Program-made: the position numbers and the translations under genes
Shown: positions 30,305 to 39,463 of the stretch, piece after piece
Position numbering within the stretch: the stretch's first letter is position 1
Layout of the letters: each line of letters starts with the position of its first letter
The notes under the pieces: model-generated
Told to the model about the DNA's origin: nothing
The model's input: the letters and a program-made list of their open reading frames with translations, nothing else
Databases searched by the model: none
DNA from: Candidatus Saliniplasma sp.
GTDB lineage: Archaea > Thermoplasmatota > Thermoplasmata > Halarchaeoplasmatales > Halarchaeoplasmataceae
Reading direction: 5' to 3'
DNA length: 64,000 nt
NCBI GenBank assembly: GCA_046497075.1
Contig: JAWOGF010000054.1
Span: 3,371-67,370, forward strand

Positions 30305-30943
30305 ATGAGGATAAGATGGCATGGGCATTCGTGCTTCGAGATAGAGAACGATTCGGTTGTTGTGACGGACCCTCATGACGGGAAAAATATTGGAATTAAA
30401 TCACCGAACGTTAAAGGTGATATTATTTTGGTCAGCCATGATCATTTCGACCATAATGCAGTGAGACTCGTTGAGAAGAGTGACAGCGAAGTTATCGAGG
30501 AAGATGGGGAGTTTTCTAAAGATGACGTTTCAATCCGGGGTATAGAAGCCTATCACGATACGGAAGAAGGTAAGAAAAGAGGTAAGAACATAATTTATAC
30601 TTTTGAGATAGATGGAATAAAATTCTGTCATCTAGGTGATCTAGGTCACGGACTTTCTGATGAGATGATTCAAAAGATTAAGCCTGTCGATTTCCTTTTT
30701 ATCCCGGTGGGCGATACATTCACTATTGGTCCAAAAAAGGCAGCAGATGTTGTGGAAAAAATACGACCCAGCATAGCTGTACCCATGCATTACAAAGTAG
30801 GGGGGCTATCGTTGGATATCAAGGGTGTTATACCATTTTTAAACCTATATCCTGAACATAAAATACATAAAGTCGGTGTGGAACTTGATTTCTTAAAAAC
30901 GGATCTTCCTGAAGAAACCGAAGTATGGGTTTTTTCACTTTAG
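30305..30943 (+). CDS. MBL-fold metallo-hydrolase
   Basis: WHGHSCF, SHDHFDHN, HLGDLGH, PMHY; GGAGG RBS upstream. Confidence 0.88.
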   Translation: MRIRWHGHSCFEIENDSVVVTDPHDGKNIGIKSPNVKGDIILVSHDHFDHNAVRLVEKSDSEVIEEDGEFSKDDVSIRGIEAYHDTEEGKKRGKNIIYTFEIDGIKFCHLGDLGHGLSDEMIQKIKPVDFLFIPVGDTFTIGPKKAADVVEKIRPSIAVPMHYKVGGLSLDIKGVIPFLNLYPEHKIHKVGVELDFLKTDLPEETEVWVFSL

Positions 30944-30953
30944 TTTAGTTATT

Positions 30954-31604
30954 TCAATCTAAATATCCAAGCCCTTCTTCGATCCTACCCATCTCGATAG
31001 GTGTTGTTCTATTCCCTATAACGGCTCCTTTTGTATTTCCAATCAAGCAAGCCCCTATCCAGGCTGAACCATGATTGGCGGTAGTTTTCATGACCGGCAC
31101 GTTGAATAAATTTTCCATCATTTCTTTTTCATCATCGCTAACATGTGGGTGACATAGGATACCTTTATTAGTGGCAACAGCTACAGAACCAACCATCTCG
31201 ATACCCGCTATTTTACCTCTCTTAACGGGAACGTCTAGGAAAGATTTTATTGAATCTTCCGTTTTTTCGTGGAGTTCAGGGTGGATCAATGCACCATAAT
31301 CATTGATAAGTATATTATTACCCAATGCGTTGAAATTATCTGGAACTAATGTAACATCTTTGTAATCCAATAAAGGTTCGATCTCTCTTTTCTCTGCTAT
31401 GTCAGAAACAACAATACCGTTAGAGTTGGCGGCCATCAAAGACCCTAAAACTCTTGTCCCTCCAACTGTTGTTCTAACTACAGGGGTTTCCATAGCTTCT
31501 TGGAAAACCTCTTTTTCAACTAATGGGATTATAGATAAATCTTCGGTGGCTACACAAAAAACACCGATATATGGTTTCTGGTCGATGGCGTGTTTTTTTA
31601 GCAT
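30954..31604 (-). CDS. eif6: Translation initiation factor 6 (aIF6)
   Basis: ALGNNILIND, VATNKG, TTPIEMGRIE; position after rpl31e. Confidence 0.92.
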   Translation of the reverse strand: MLKKHAIDQKPYIGVFCVATEDLSIIPLVEKEVFQEAMETPVVRTTVGGTRVLGSLMAANSNGIVVSDIAEKREIEPLLDYKDVTLVPDNFNALGNNILINDYGALIHPELHEKTEDSIKSFLDVPVKRGKIAGIEMVGSVAVATNKGILCHPHVSDDEKEMMENLFNVPVMKTTANHGSAWIGACLIGNTKGAVIGNRTTPIEMGRIEEGLGYLD

Positions 31605-31607
31605 AGA

Positions 31608-31874
31608 TTACTCTCTCGGTATTGAAACTTCTACGATACCATCTTCGAACTTGATAGCTCGTACTTTGATCTTTGAAGGTGGTTTTTTAATTCCTTTTTT
31701 CCATATCTCCTCATTAGTTGTAGAATCTATCCAAACATCTTCTGATGGAACATCCATATGCTTTGATACAAATTTCCTTACTTTCCTCATGGCTAATGAT
31801 GCCCTCTTACTAGCTGGTGATTCTTTCACCTCTCTCAAAGGGATATTCATTATCCTCTCTTCTTGATCTACCAT
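31608..31874 (-). CDS. rpl31e: 50S ribosomal protein L31e
   Basis: NIPLR, KRA..A, NEEIWKKGIKKPP. Confidence 0.95.
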   Translation of the reverse strand: MVDQEERIMNIPLREVKESPASKRASLAMRKVRKFVSKHMDVPSEDVWIDSTTNEEIWKKGIKKPPSKIKVRAIKFEDGIVEVSIPRE

Positions 31875-31913
31875 ATCCTCACCTGTTTTGTTTCATAACG
31901 TTTTACAATAGTT

Positions 31914-32069
31914 CTACTCATCAATGTCATCCCTACGCCAGTTTCTTCTCTTAGGATGGCGAGTGAATCTTCTATTTGTTCTCTGCATAACCCACGCAGG
32001 TACACGTTTGTTTTCTTTTCCTTTCTTCAGTAATCTTCTTTTTTTCGGTCCTGGTTTATTACTAGACAT
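31914..32069 (-). CDS. rpl39e: 50S ribosomal protein L39e (not in ORF track)
   Basis: 51 aa [51 protein letters not shown]; canonical position. Confidence 0.93.
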   Translation of the reverse strand: MSSNKPGPKKRRLLKKGKENKRVPAWVMQRTNRRFTRHPKRRNWRRDDIDE

Positions 32070-32072
32070 GGT

Positions 32073-32402
32073 TTATCTCCTTTTGATATTGATATCTTTT
32101 TTATTATCCGTTAATTTTTTAAGTAAATCCTTTAAGGTTTCATCGGTTATCTTACCTTGGATCGCCCCACGTTGAGCGAGCATTATTATCTGAGATTCGA
32201 TATTCTTGGCGATCTCCGGTCTAGCTACTCTAACTCTCCCGAGTCTTTCTCTAGCCTCGGGTGTCATCAACTTTCTAAGTATGGCTTTTTTTTGGGCTTC
32301 AAACTGTTCCTCAGATCTCTCCTGTTCTTCTGAAGACTCTTTCTGCTCTTTAAGTTGTTGAAGTTTTTGTTTTTTGATCCTTTCTAACTCATCTTCATCC
32401 AT
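32073..32402 (-). CDS. PDCD5-like DNA-binding protein
   Basis: ILRKLMTPEARERL..V..ARPE; canonical position between rps19e and rpl39e. Confidence 0.9.
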   Translation of the reverse strand: MDEDELERIKKQKLQQLKEQKESSEEQERSEEQFEAQKKAILRKLMTPEARERLGRVRVARPEIAKNIESQIIMLAQRGAIQGKITDETLKDLLKKLTDNKKDINIKRR

Positions 32403-32415
32403 AGGTTACCTACCT

Positions 32416-32868
32416 TTAAAGATATTTAGTCAATTCTGGATCATCTTCAGCCATCTTTTTCAATATTTCATAAGCGGAATTATCTAATAAAGACTGTCCT
32501 TCAGGTGTGATCATTCTGCCTTTATTTTCTTTTTTAATAAGACCCTCATCTTCAAGTTGTTTAAGTGCGGTTCTAACAACTGAACCGGATCCTTTTGCTA
32601 CTCTACTAGGTTTAGAGCCTCTTTCTTGTTTTCCTCCATATTTGCCTCTAAGCTTCGAGATACCGATAGGCCCTTTAACATAGACACTTCTAAGGATTGC
32701 AGATACGCGTTTGTACCACCAATCTTCTTCTAATGGTGCTTTTTCCTTATGGACACCTGTTTTAACATAAGGGGCCCAGTCTGGACTCTCTATGTTATTC
32801 ATATCTTTCAGCTTTTCGCTTATGTCTCCTATCAATTTATTTGGAGGAACTTCGTGTACTGTGACCAT
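32416..32868 (-). CDS. rps19e: 30S ribosomal protein S19e
   Basis: PDWAPYVKTGVHKE, DWWY.R, KGSGSVVRTALKQLE. Confidence 0.96.
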   Translation of the reverse strand: MVTVHEVPPNKLIGDISEKLKDMNNIESPDWAPYVKTGVHKEKAPLEEDWWYKRVSAILRSVYVKGPIGISKLRGKYGGKQERGSKPSRVAKGSGSVVRTALKQLEDEGLIKKENKGRMITPEGQSLLDNSAYEILKKMAEDDPELTKYL

Positions 32869-32907
32869 GATGTATTACTCTCCAGCGAACTCAACAATTG
32901 ACCTTAT

Positions 32908-33915
32908 TTAAAGCTTGTTATTAAACGTTTCCCTGTCTATCCCGCTAATATTTGAATTTTGAATGTACAAATCTCCTTTCATCCTAGGCAATAGTGCATC
33001 AATCAGAGCAGATTTTACAAATTCTTTCTTATTCGTTTTATCTCCTGTCACCATACCTATTGGATCCATATCGTTTTTCAAATCATCTCCGACTAGTTTT
33101 AAAGAATCGATAAGATCGATCTTGTTTTTTGAATGGTTCCAACTTTTTGGTATCCGGATCCCTGGACTTCGACCGTTGGATTTAAAACCTAGTTTATCTT
33201 TGATTACAACGTACTCAACGAAAAAATCGTCTTTATCAAGATCAATACTTTTTAAAATAAGAGAAATGCCATAATCGAATCCCTTTGGGACCTCTGCTAG
33301 TTTTTCTAACTTGATTTCCGTAATCTTCGTATCTGTTTTATGTTCATAGAGTAATTTACGTTTATCATCTATCTTTCCTTTCTTGATTTCACATTCAAAA
33401 AAATCGGACATAACTTCTTCTACGGCATCGAACTCTTCCTTTTCAACACACTCAACTCTTATCCTGACTGGTTTCAATCTATCCCCGAACTCATCTATCT
33501 CTCCATCTCTGATCCTAGTTGAACTTATCGGTAAAAAGTCTTCTGCTACCACTGGTTTTACCTCTATTATCTCTAAAGGATCCTTACCTATCTCTTTCCG
33601 CATTTCATTGATCTTTTCTCCTCTCTTTTTTGTTTCGGAGGAAACCACTATGATGTCAAAATCACCTTCGACCGCCTTTTTGTAAGGGTCTGAGATTTGG
33701 ACGATCTCCCAATTTTCCCTTCCTAATAGAAAATTTTCTAGATTCGCTTTCCTCTCCTCAAATGTTTTTTCTACTTCGGGTTTCCATTCCTTCAGCATCT
33801 CATCAGAAACCAATCCGATGGTAACTTCTCCGTGTCTAAAGGCGGTTTCGATGAGTTTTCCATGTCCCATGTGTATATGATCGAAGGTACCCCCCAAAAC
33901 TACATTTTTAGCCAT
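32908..33915 (-). CDS. coaD: Phosphopantetheine adenylyltransferase fused to a degenerate YjjX/NTPase-like domain
   Basis: GGTFDHIHMGH, VVSSET, ISSTRIR; C-terminal ~185 aa keeps only remnants of the YjjX pattern. Confidence 0.8.
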   Translation of the reverse strand: MAKNVVLGGTFDHIHMGHGKLIETAFRHGEVTIGLVSDEMLKEWKPEVEKTFEERKANLENFLLGRENWEIVQISDPYKKAVEGDFDIIVVSSETKKRGEKINEMRKEIGKDPLEIIEVKPVVAEDFLPISSTRIRDGEIDEFGDRLKPVRIRVECVEKEEFDAVEEVMSDFFECEIKKGKIDDKRKLLYEHKTDTKITEIKLEKLAEVPKGFDYGISLILKSIDLDKDDFFVEYVVIKDKLGFKSNGRSPGIRIPKSWNHSKNKIDLIDSLKLVGDDLKNDMDPIGMVTGDKTNKKEFVKSALIDALLPRMKGDLYIQNSNISGIDRETFNNKL

Positions 33916-33916
33916 A

Positions 33917-34105
33917 TTACCAGATCCCAGATAATTGTAAGAATATCAGGACCAAAAGTACGGTTAGTAATACATAGGTTATGTATGTCTTCTTCTTTCG
34001 TTTTTCGACATATTCGTTGTATTCCTCCCTACATTTCTCTGAACAAAATTTTTCATTTAGAGGTATTGGTTTACTACAAACTTGGCAGTGGGTATGCGGT
34101 TCCAT
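33917..34105 (-). CDS. DUF2116-like Zn-ribbon membrane protein
   Basis: PHTHCQVCSKPIP...FCSEKC then C-terminal TM helix. Confidence 0.8.
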   Translation of the reverse strand: MEPHTHCQVCSKPIPLNEKFCSEKCREEYNEYVEKRKKKTYITYVLLTVLLVLIFLQLSGIW

Positions 34106-34149
34106 GTAATAGATAGAGAAATTATAGTTTTAATTATTTTCCCTATAAC

Positions 34150-35811
34150 TCATCGGTGTCCATAAGCAGCCATCCAAGGAGATTTATCCAGGATTTTAAC
34201 GAATCCATACCTTTCGAATTGAACTATATCGTTCATATCTACCTCATCTAAATTATTCTCAACGATCCCCTCATCATAACTTCCATCGACCTGCTCGACC
34301 CTACATTCTTTACCGCCTGGCAGCCACTGTATCTTTAAAATGTCTTTATTAGCTATATCCGTAATGTATCCTTTATGACCATCGAGTTTTATGTTGCATA
34401 GGTTTTTCAAGCGGACCTCTTTTCCTTCGTTCTCTTTCCAGTCCTTCTCTGATATGTACAATTTATCCTTAACTTTGATTTTTCTGTTCCCTCTATCTGA
34501 AAAGTCGGGATGTCTAGGTATCTCGGCTTCATCGATATCTATCTCACCTATCAACTCGATTTCAACAGGGTCTTTAACGAAAAAGTACCTATTAGCTTCT
34601 TCATCTATAAGTTCTCTATTTTTAGCATACAATTTTGATGCTGGCACCTCTATATCGGTTTTTGACATACCGAAATCTAAAATAAAATCTCTAATAGCAT
34701 CTGGCTGTATGCCTCTTCTTTTGAGAGACTGTAAGGACCAGGTTCTAGGGTCATCCCAACCCCTCAGGTTTCCTTCTTTAATCTGCTGTTGGAATTCACT
34801 TTTACTCAACCTGACATCCCGTAATCGTAACATACCGTAATGTAAAAATTCACATTTCTCCCAACCAAAAAGATCCCAGATATATTCCTCCATCTTATCT
34901 TCCATAACAAGGTCTTTACCTCTCAATATATGGGTCATGTTAAGCAGATGATCGTCGATAGCCCATGAAAACTCTAACAGTGGCCAAACATGATATTTAT
35001 TACCTACTCTAGGGTGTTCTTGATTCGATACTCTGAACAAAACACGGTCTCTAAAAGCGGGATCCGGATACTCCATATCAGTTTTCAGCCTAAGGGTGAC
35101 TTCGCCTTCTTCAAACCCTCCTTCCAACATCTTGTTCCATTTTGCAAGGTTCTCCTCAACAGTTCTAGATCTATGTTCACATTCTATACCCTTTTTACGA
35201 CTATTCCTTAATTTCTCAGCACTGCACTCACAGACGTATGCTTCACCCATTTCGATAATTTTTTGACCATATTCGTAGTATATTTCCATCCTTTTAGACT
35301 TATAATGGGTCTCATGCCATTCCACCCCCAACCATTCTAAACCCTCTTTTATCAAATCAAAAGCCTCTATGAGGGGTTTTTTCTTCTCTGAGCCTATAGT
35401 ATCATCATAAAACAGAACCAATTTTCCATCATTCCTTTTGACGTACTCATCGTTAAGTATCACCATACGAGAATTACCTATATGCAGTGGTCCACTTGGA
35501 TATGGAGCCATCCTCATTACTATCTCCTCCCCCTCAATCTCTGGTAATCTATTGATTTCCTCCTCATCTTTTTCTTCGAAGTACTCGGGCATCTTCTTTT
35601 TTAATCGGCTAGTCTGCTCATCGAGGGATAATTTGTTTACTTCATTTACAATCTGTTCAACCAGTTCTTTAGTACCTGTAGGATCTTTTCTACATTCCTC
35701 TGATTCTCCCATAACCTTTCCCATAACAGGTCCGACTGTTGCCTCCCCATCGAATTTTACTGCATTTTTCAGAGCGTATTTTCTGATTGTTGTTTCCTTT
35801 TCGTTAGACAT
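34150..35811 (-). CDS. gltX: Glutamyl-tRNA synthetase (archaeal type)
   Basis: RMAPYPSGPLHIGN, THILRGKD, LSKS, GWDDPR, QFERYGF. Confidence 0.95.
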   Translation of the reverse strand: MSNEKETTIRKYALKNAVKFDGEATVGPVMGKVMGESEECRKDPTGTKELVEQIVNEVNKLSLDEQTSRLKKKMPEYFEEKDEEEINRLPEIEGEEIVMRMAPYPSGPLHIGNSRMVILNDEYVKRNDGKLVLFYDDTIGSEKKKPLIEAFDLIKEGLEWLGVEWHETHYKSKRMEIYYEYGQKIIEMGEAYVCECSAEKLRNSRKKGIECEHRSRTVEENLAKWNKMLEGGFEEGEVTLRLKTDMEYPDPAFRDRVLFRVSNQEHPRVGNKYHVWPLLEFSWAIDDHLLNMTHILRGKDLVMEDKMEEYIWDLFGWEKCEFLHYGMLRLRDVRLSKSEFQQQIKEGNLRGWDDPRTWSLQSLKRRGIQPDAIRDFILDFGMSKTDIEVPASKLYAKNRELIDEEANRYFFVKDPVEIELIGEIDIDEAEIPRHPDFSDRGNRKIKVKDKLYISEKDWKENEGKEVRLKNLCNIKLDGHKGYITDIANKDILKIQWLPGGKECRVEQVDGSYDEGIVENNLDEVDMNDIVQFERYGFVKILDKSPWMAAYGHR

Positions 35812-35867
35812 GGTTCATCAATTAAACAGGCGGGTATTTTATTATTTTCCTATATTAGAAAATTCTA

Positions 35868-36590
35868 TCAATCGGAAAGAGGTTTAACGAAGATATCTTT
35901 TATTATCCCCCTTTCCATGGCTATATCTGTTTCTCCAGACCTGATCACATAGACTGGCTTTTTCTGATGGAGTTCTATTACAGACCCAGGTCCGATGTCA
36001 TACGACAAAAGTTTATGTAATCTTGGATGACTCTTTGTATGAATATATGCTATCTCAACTTTTTTCCCAACAGGGATCTTCGTCAAAGGCATTATAGCTG
36101 GTTTGATCGTTTCTCTTCCCTTTCTACAACATTTTCCTGAGGGTATAGGCATACCATGTGGACATTCTCTTGGATGGCCTAACAAAGTACATATCCTTTC
36201 AGTCACTTCTTCAGATAAAAGGTGTTCAAACTCGCAAGCAGGTTTTTCTACTTCTTCTTTGCCCATATCCAAAACATCGACTAAAAGACGCTCTGCTAAA
36301 CGGTGTCTTCGGACTATATCTCTAGCTTTATTATGCCCTTTATCGGTTAATTTTACTTTTTCATTGTAAACCTTAGCCAATCCTCTCTTTTTAAGCTCTT
36401 TAAGGACTGAATCAGTAACTTTTTCCCGATAACCATGACGGAATCGTTTCCTGTGATTAAATTTCATACCTTCCTCTTTATCGGTCAGTCTTTCTTTAAA
36501 ACTCTCTTTATCTCTCTTACCCTCTTCCTCTAGGGTCCAAAGTATTTCTAGTGCTTCATCTATCTCTATCTTTGTTATTTTATCGTTCAT
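35868..36590 (-). CDS. DtxR/MntR-family metalloregulator with C-terminal FeoA domain
   Basis: RRHRLAERLL, ACEFEH, CPHGMPIP, FeoA-like C-terminus. Confidence 0.88.
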   Translation of the reverse strand: MNDKITKIEIDEALEILWTLEEEGKRDKESFKERLTDKEEGMKFNHRKRFRHGYREKVTDSVLKELKKRGLAKVYNEKVKLTDKGHNKARDIVRRHRLAERLLVDVLDMGKEEVEKPACEFEHLLSEEVTERICTLLGHPRECPHGMPIPSGKCCRKGRETIKPAIMPLTKIPVGKKVEIAYIHTKSHPRLHKLLSYDIGPGSVIELHQKKPVYVIRSGETDIAMERGIIKDIFVKPLSD

Positions 36591-36757
36591 CTTTCATCGA
36601 CTCCTGGTATAAACTCATAACCACAATTAGGGCATTTAACCATATTACAACCACCACCCATTGGACAGGATTGGCAGGCTGTTACCGAGCCTTTTTCAAA
36701 TTCATTTCCACAGAGCGGACATTTATGTTTATCCTGAGTATTATTTTGTTTACTCAT
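36587..36757 (-). CDS. 56-aa Cys-rich microprotein inside the feo operon (not in ORF track)
   Basis: MSKQNNTQDKHKCPLCGNEFEKGSVTACQSCPMGGGCNMVKCPNCGYEFIPGVDER; ATGA overlaps with both neighbours. Confidence 0.85.
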   Translation of the reverse strand: MSKQNNTQDKHKCPLCGNEFEKGSVTACQSCPMGGGCNMVKCPNCGYEFIPGVDER

Positions 36758-38715
36758 ATTAGGCCCCCAAATAATTTTGTAATCTGATTGATAACTCCAC
36801 CTACGAAAAAGGCAAAAGGAATCACGAAGGCGATGATAGCTAATGCTGTTTTTATACCCCTTTCTTTGATTATCACCAGAACATTAGCTACACACGGGAC
36901 GAACAGAGTAATAGAGACAACTGCCACCAGCATCTGAACATGAGTTAAACTACCAGAAAGGTCCAATATTCCAGCTGCCCCAAAATCTCTTCTTAGGAAG
37001 CCTAGAATAAAAGCTATAGATGTTTCTGAAGGCAAGCCCAACCACGAGACAACTACAGGTTCAAGTCCATTTACTAATATATCCAAAATCCCCGTTAAAT
37101 TTGCGACACTGATCAAAAAAGTACCTAAAATGAATAGGGGTACCAATTCTTTAAAAAACATAGCAACCTTATAATAAGTTTTTCTCAGAACATTGTCCCA
37201 TTTAGGGATCCTCAGTGGTGGTAATTCCATTATAAAATCACCTCTACCTCCAGGTAAGATTTTTGAGGCCGCCCAAGCGACGAATAATAACTGGGAGAAG
37301 ATGATCCCGGCCCACACGAAAAAGTAGTAAAATGGAAGTGTAGCCATGATCGCGAATAATACACCTAATTGAGCAGAACATGGAATACCAAGTGCTAACA
37401 TGGTTGTTGCTATAATTCTTTCTTTTTTCGTGTCTAAAACCCGGGTAGTCAAAGTGGCCATGGTGTCACATCCAAATCCTAGAACCATCGGTAATACAGC
37501 TTTTCCATTTAAACCAACCCGTCTAAAACCTTTATCAGCCATGGCCGCTAATCGAGGTATATAACCAACATCTTCAAGTATCGAAAATGCCAGGAAAAAT
37601 GTGGTGATGATAGGCAGTATCAAAGCGATAGCCCAGGTTAAACCTACAGTTATAACTCCAAATTCACCTACTAAAATTCTCGATGCAAAGTTCCTTCCCA
37701 TGGATTCATAAATAAAATCCTTGATATATGGATTGATATACTCCCCAAATACTATCCCTTCGAAAAAATCTACCAATACCTGTGCTCCTATAAAACCTAC
37801 GAATTGATATAAAAGAAACACGACCCCGATAAATATAGGGATACCAGTCAGGGGTTTCATCGTTAGATCATTCATCTTCTCTTTGAACGTAGTTTTCTTG
37901 ATTTTTTCTTTACTGATATACTTAGATACTATTTCTTCAGCTTTCCTTCTAATTGCTAATGTGATAATATAACTTAAATTATGACTAAATTTTCTATGCA
38001 GTCTATTAAGAATTTCTTCTGCCTTTTCCCTCTCTTTCTCGCCTATCTTTTCATCGATGAAATCCTTCATCTCACCAGGAGATGATAGGAAAAGGAGTGC
38101 AGTTCCACGGTTTCCAAAGATACTTTTTAACTCACCAAGAGCCTCTTCTATTTCCCGAGGATAATCTGGTCTCACATCTGGAACTTTTGCTTTAGGTAGA
38201 CCCCTTTTAAGTGCTGCGGTCCCCCTATGCTCAGGTGCAACAGTTGGAAAGACAGGAACGTTAAGTTCATCGGAAAGACCTTCATGATCTATATCGATCA
38301 AACGAGCCTTCGCCTCATCCATCATGTTCAGATTTAAAACAGTAGGGATATCAAATTCGGAGATCTGCAGGAAAAGCATGATAGCCCTTTTCAGATTTTT
38401 AGCGTCGGCGACTTGAATTATTCTATTGGGATCACTGCCTAAGATGATATCTCTTGTAACTTTTTCATCTTCTGATATGGGAGTCAAAGATTCTGCTCCA
38501 GGGGTATCGATTATAGTTTCTTTTTTCGTACCTATCCTGGTATCCCCAAGACTGACTTCAACAGTTGTACCGGGATAATTAGAAACATCTCTGTACTTCC
38601 CTGTAAGACTTGAAAATATAACTGATTTACCAACATTAGGGTTACCAACAAGAACAGAAACGTTCTCATCAAGGTCTATACCCAAAGCCTTCCTAGCATA
38701 TTTGATTTTAATCAC
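36754..38715 (-). CDS. feoB: Ferrous iron transport protein B
   Basis: GNPNVGKS, NYPGTTV, DTPG, NMMD; LEDVGYIPR, GFGC, PCSAQL, FIMELP, LFVPCVA. Confidence 0.95.
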   Translation of the reverse strand: MIKIKYARKALGIDLDENVSVLVGNPNVGKSVIFSSLTGKYRDVSNYPGTTVEVSLGDTRIGTKKETIIDTPGAESLTPISEDEKVTRDIILGSDPNRIIQVADAKNLKRAIMLFLQISEFDIPTVLNLNMMDEAKARLIDIDHEGLSDELNVPVFPTVAPEHRGTAALKRGLPKAKVPDVRPDYPREIEEALGELKSIFGNRGTALLFLSSPGEMKDFIDEKIGEKEREKAEEILNRLHRKFSHNLSYIITLAIRRKAEEIVSKYISKEKIKKTTFKEKMNDLTMKPLTGIPIFIGVVFLLYQFVGFIGAQVLVDFFEGIVFGEYINPYIKDFIYESMGRNFASRILVGEFGVITVGLTWAIALILPIITTFFLAFSILEDVGYIPRLAAMADKGFRRVGLNGKAVLPMVLGFGCDTMATLTTRVLDTKKERIIATTMLALGIPCSAQLGVLFAIMATLPFYYFFVWAGIIFSQLLFVAWAASKILPGGRGDFIMELPPLRIPKWDNVLRKTYYKVAMFFKELVPLFILGTFLISVANLTGILDILVNGLEPVVVSWLGLPSETSIAFILGFLRRDFGAAGILDLSGSLTHVQMLVAVVSITLFVPCVANVLVIIKERGIKTALAIIAFVIPFAFFVGGVINQITKLFGGLI

Positions 38716-39145
38716 CTTCTACTGGACATTCTTCAAAATCACATGAAGGGATCTTTTTCCCATGTGGACACCTTCCTGGTGCTCCTAACCTTTTGCACAT
38801 CTCATCTATCATCTCTTCATCGAAGATATGTTCCATCTGGCATGCTTTCTCATGAAGCTGATCTTGATCCAGAGAAAAATATCTTTTTAAAAAGACCTCT
38901 AAAACTCTATGTGTCCTTACGATATTTTTACCTAAGTTCACTCCATCCTCAGTTAGTTTAACACCATAATACGGAATATATTCGATATAACCCTCTTCAT
39001 CTAATACTGGGAGGACTTCAGTTACAGTAGGAGGAGATAGCCCCATCTTATCTGCGATTTCACCCGTTTTTACCTTTTCTTTTTCCCTTTCAAGAGATAA
39101 CTTGTATATGTTTTCCAAATATTCCTCACGGGTCTCTTTATTCAT
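38708..39145 (-). CDS. DtxR/MntR-family metal-dependent repressor
   Basis: EEYLENIY, SPPTVTE, RTHRVLE, ACQMEH, CPHGKKIP; start probably ATG at 39145. Confidence 0.9.
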   Translation of the reverse strand: MNKETREEYLENIYKLSLEREKEKVKTGEIADKMGLSPPTVTEVLPVLDEEGYIEYIPYYGVKLTEDGVNLGKNIVRTHRVLEVFLKRYFSLDQDQLHEKACQMEHIFDEEMIDEMCKRLGAPGRCPHGKKIPSCDFEECPVEGD

Positions 39146-39178
39146 CGTTACCACTTTATACGCCGTATTTATTAAACT

Positions 39179-39194
39179 TTTTGGTCGACCTAAA
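39179..39194. promoter_or_regulatory. Candidate DtxR-family operator next to the feo promoter
   Basis: Near-perfect palindrome TTTAGGTCGACCAAAA (minus strand), similar to the DtxR/IdeR-type TTAGG-N4-CCTAA box; adjacent to TATA-like TTTAATAA at 39176-39169. Confidence 0.6.
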
Positions 39195-39254
39195 CTTTTG
39201 ATTTTTACTCTTATCCTACTCTTATAGATGAAACTAGGGTAAATAGAATGGTGA

Positions 39255-39355
39255 TAGCGGGGAGTGGATTTGAACCACTGGTCTCCGGGTTCCTCAGGCG
39301 CAGATGATATGCACCATATGAGCCCGACGGGTTTTCCTAGCTACCCTACCCCGCT
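39255..39355 (-). tRNA. Initiator tRNA-Met(CAU) with a 26-nt intron at 37/38 (39316-39291)
   Basis: A1-U72 acceptor AGCGGGG/CCCCGCU, GGG/CCC anticodon stem, CAU anticodon, GGUUCAAAUCC T-arm; BHB with CUCA/UGAG helix and two 3-nt bulges. Confidence 0.95.
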
Positions 39356-39463
39356 CTGGTGGGAAAATCAGGATCAACTACCTTCTGGGATTCCTATATT
39401 GTGATGCATTTTATAAATCTTTCTGTCGGTCTAATCATTTTTGTAGAGTTTTTGAGGGTTTTT

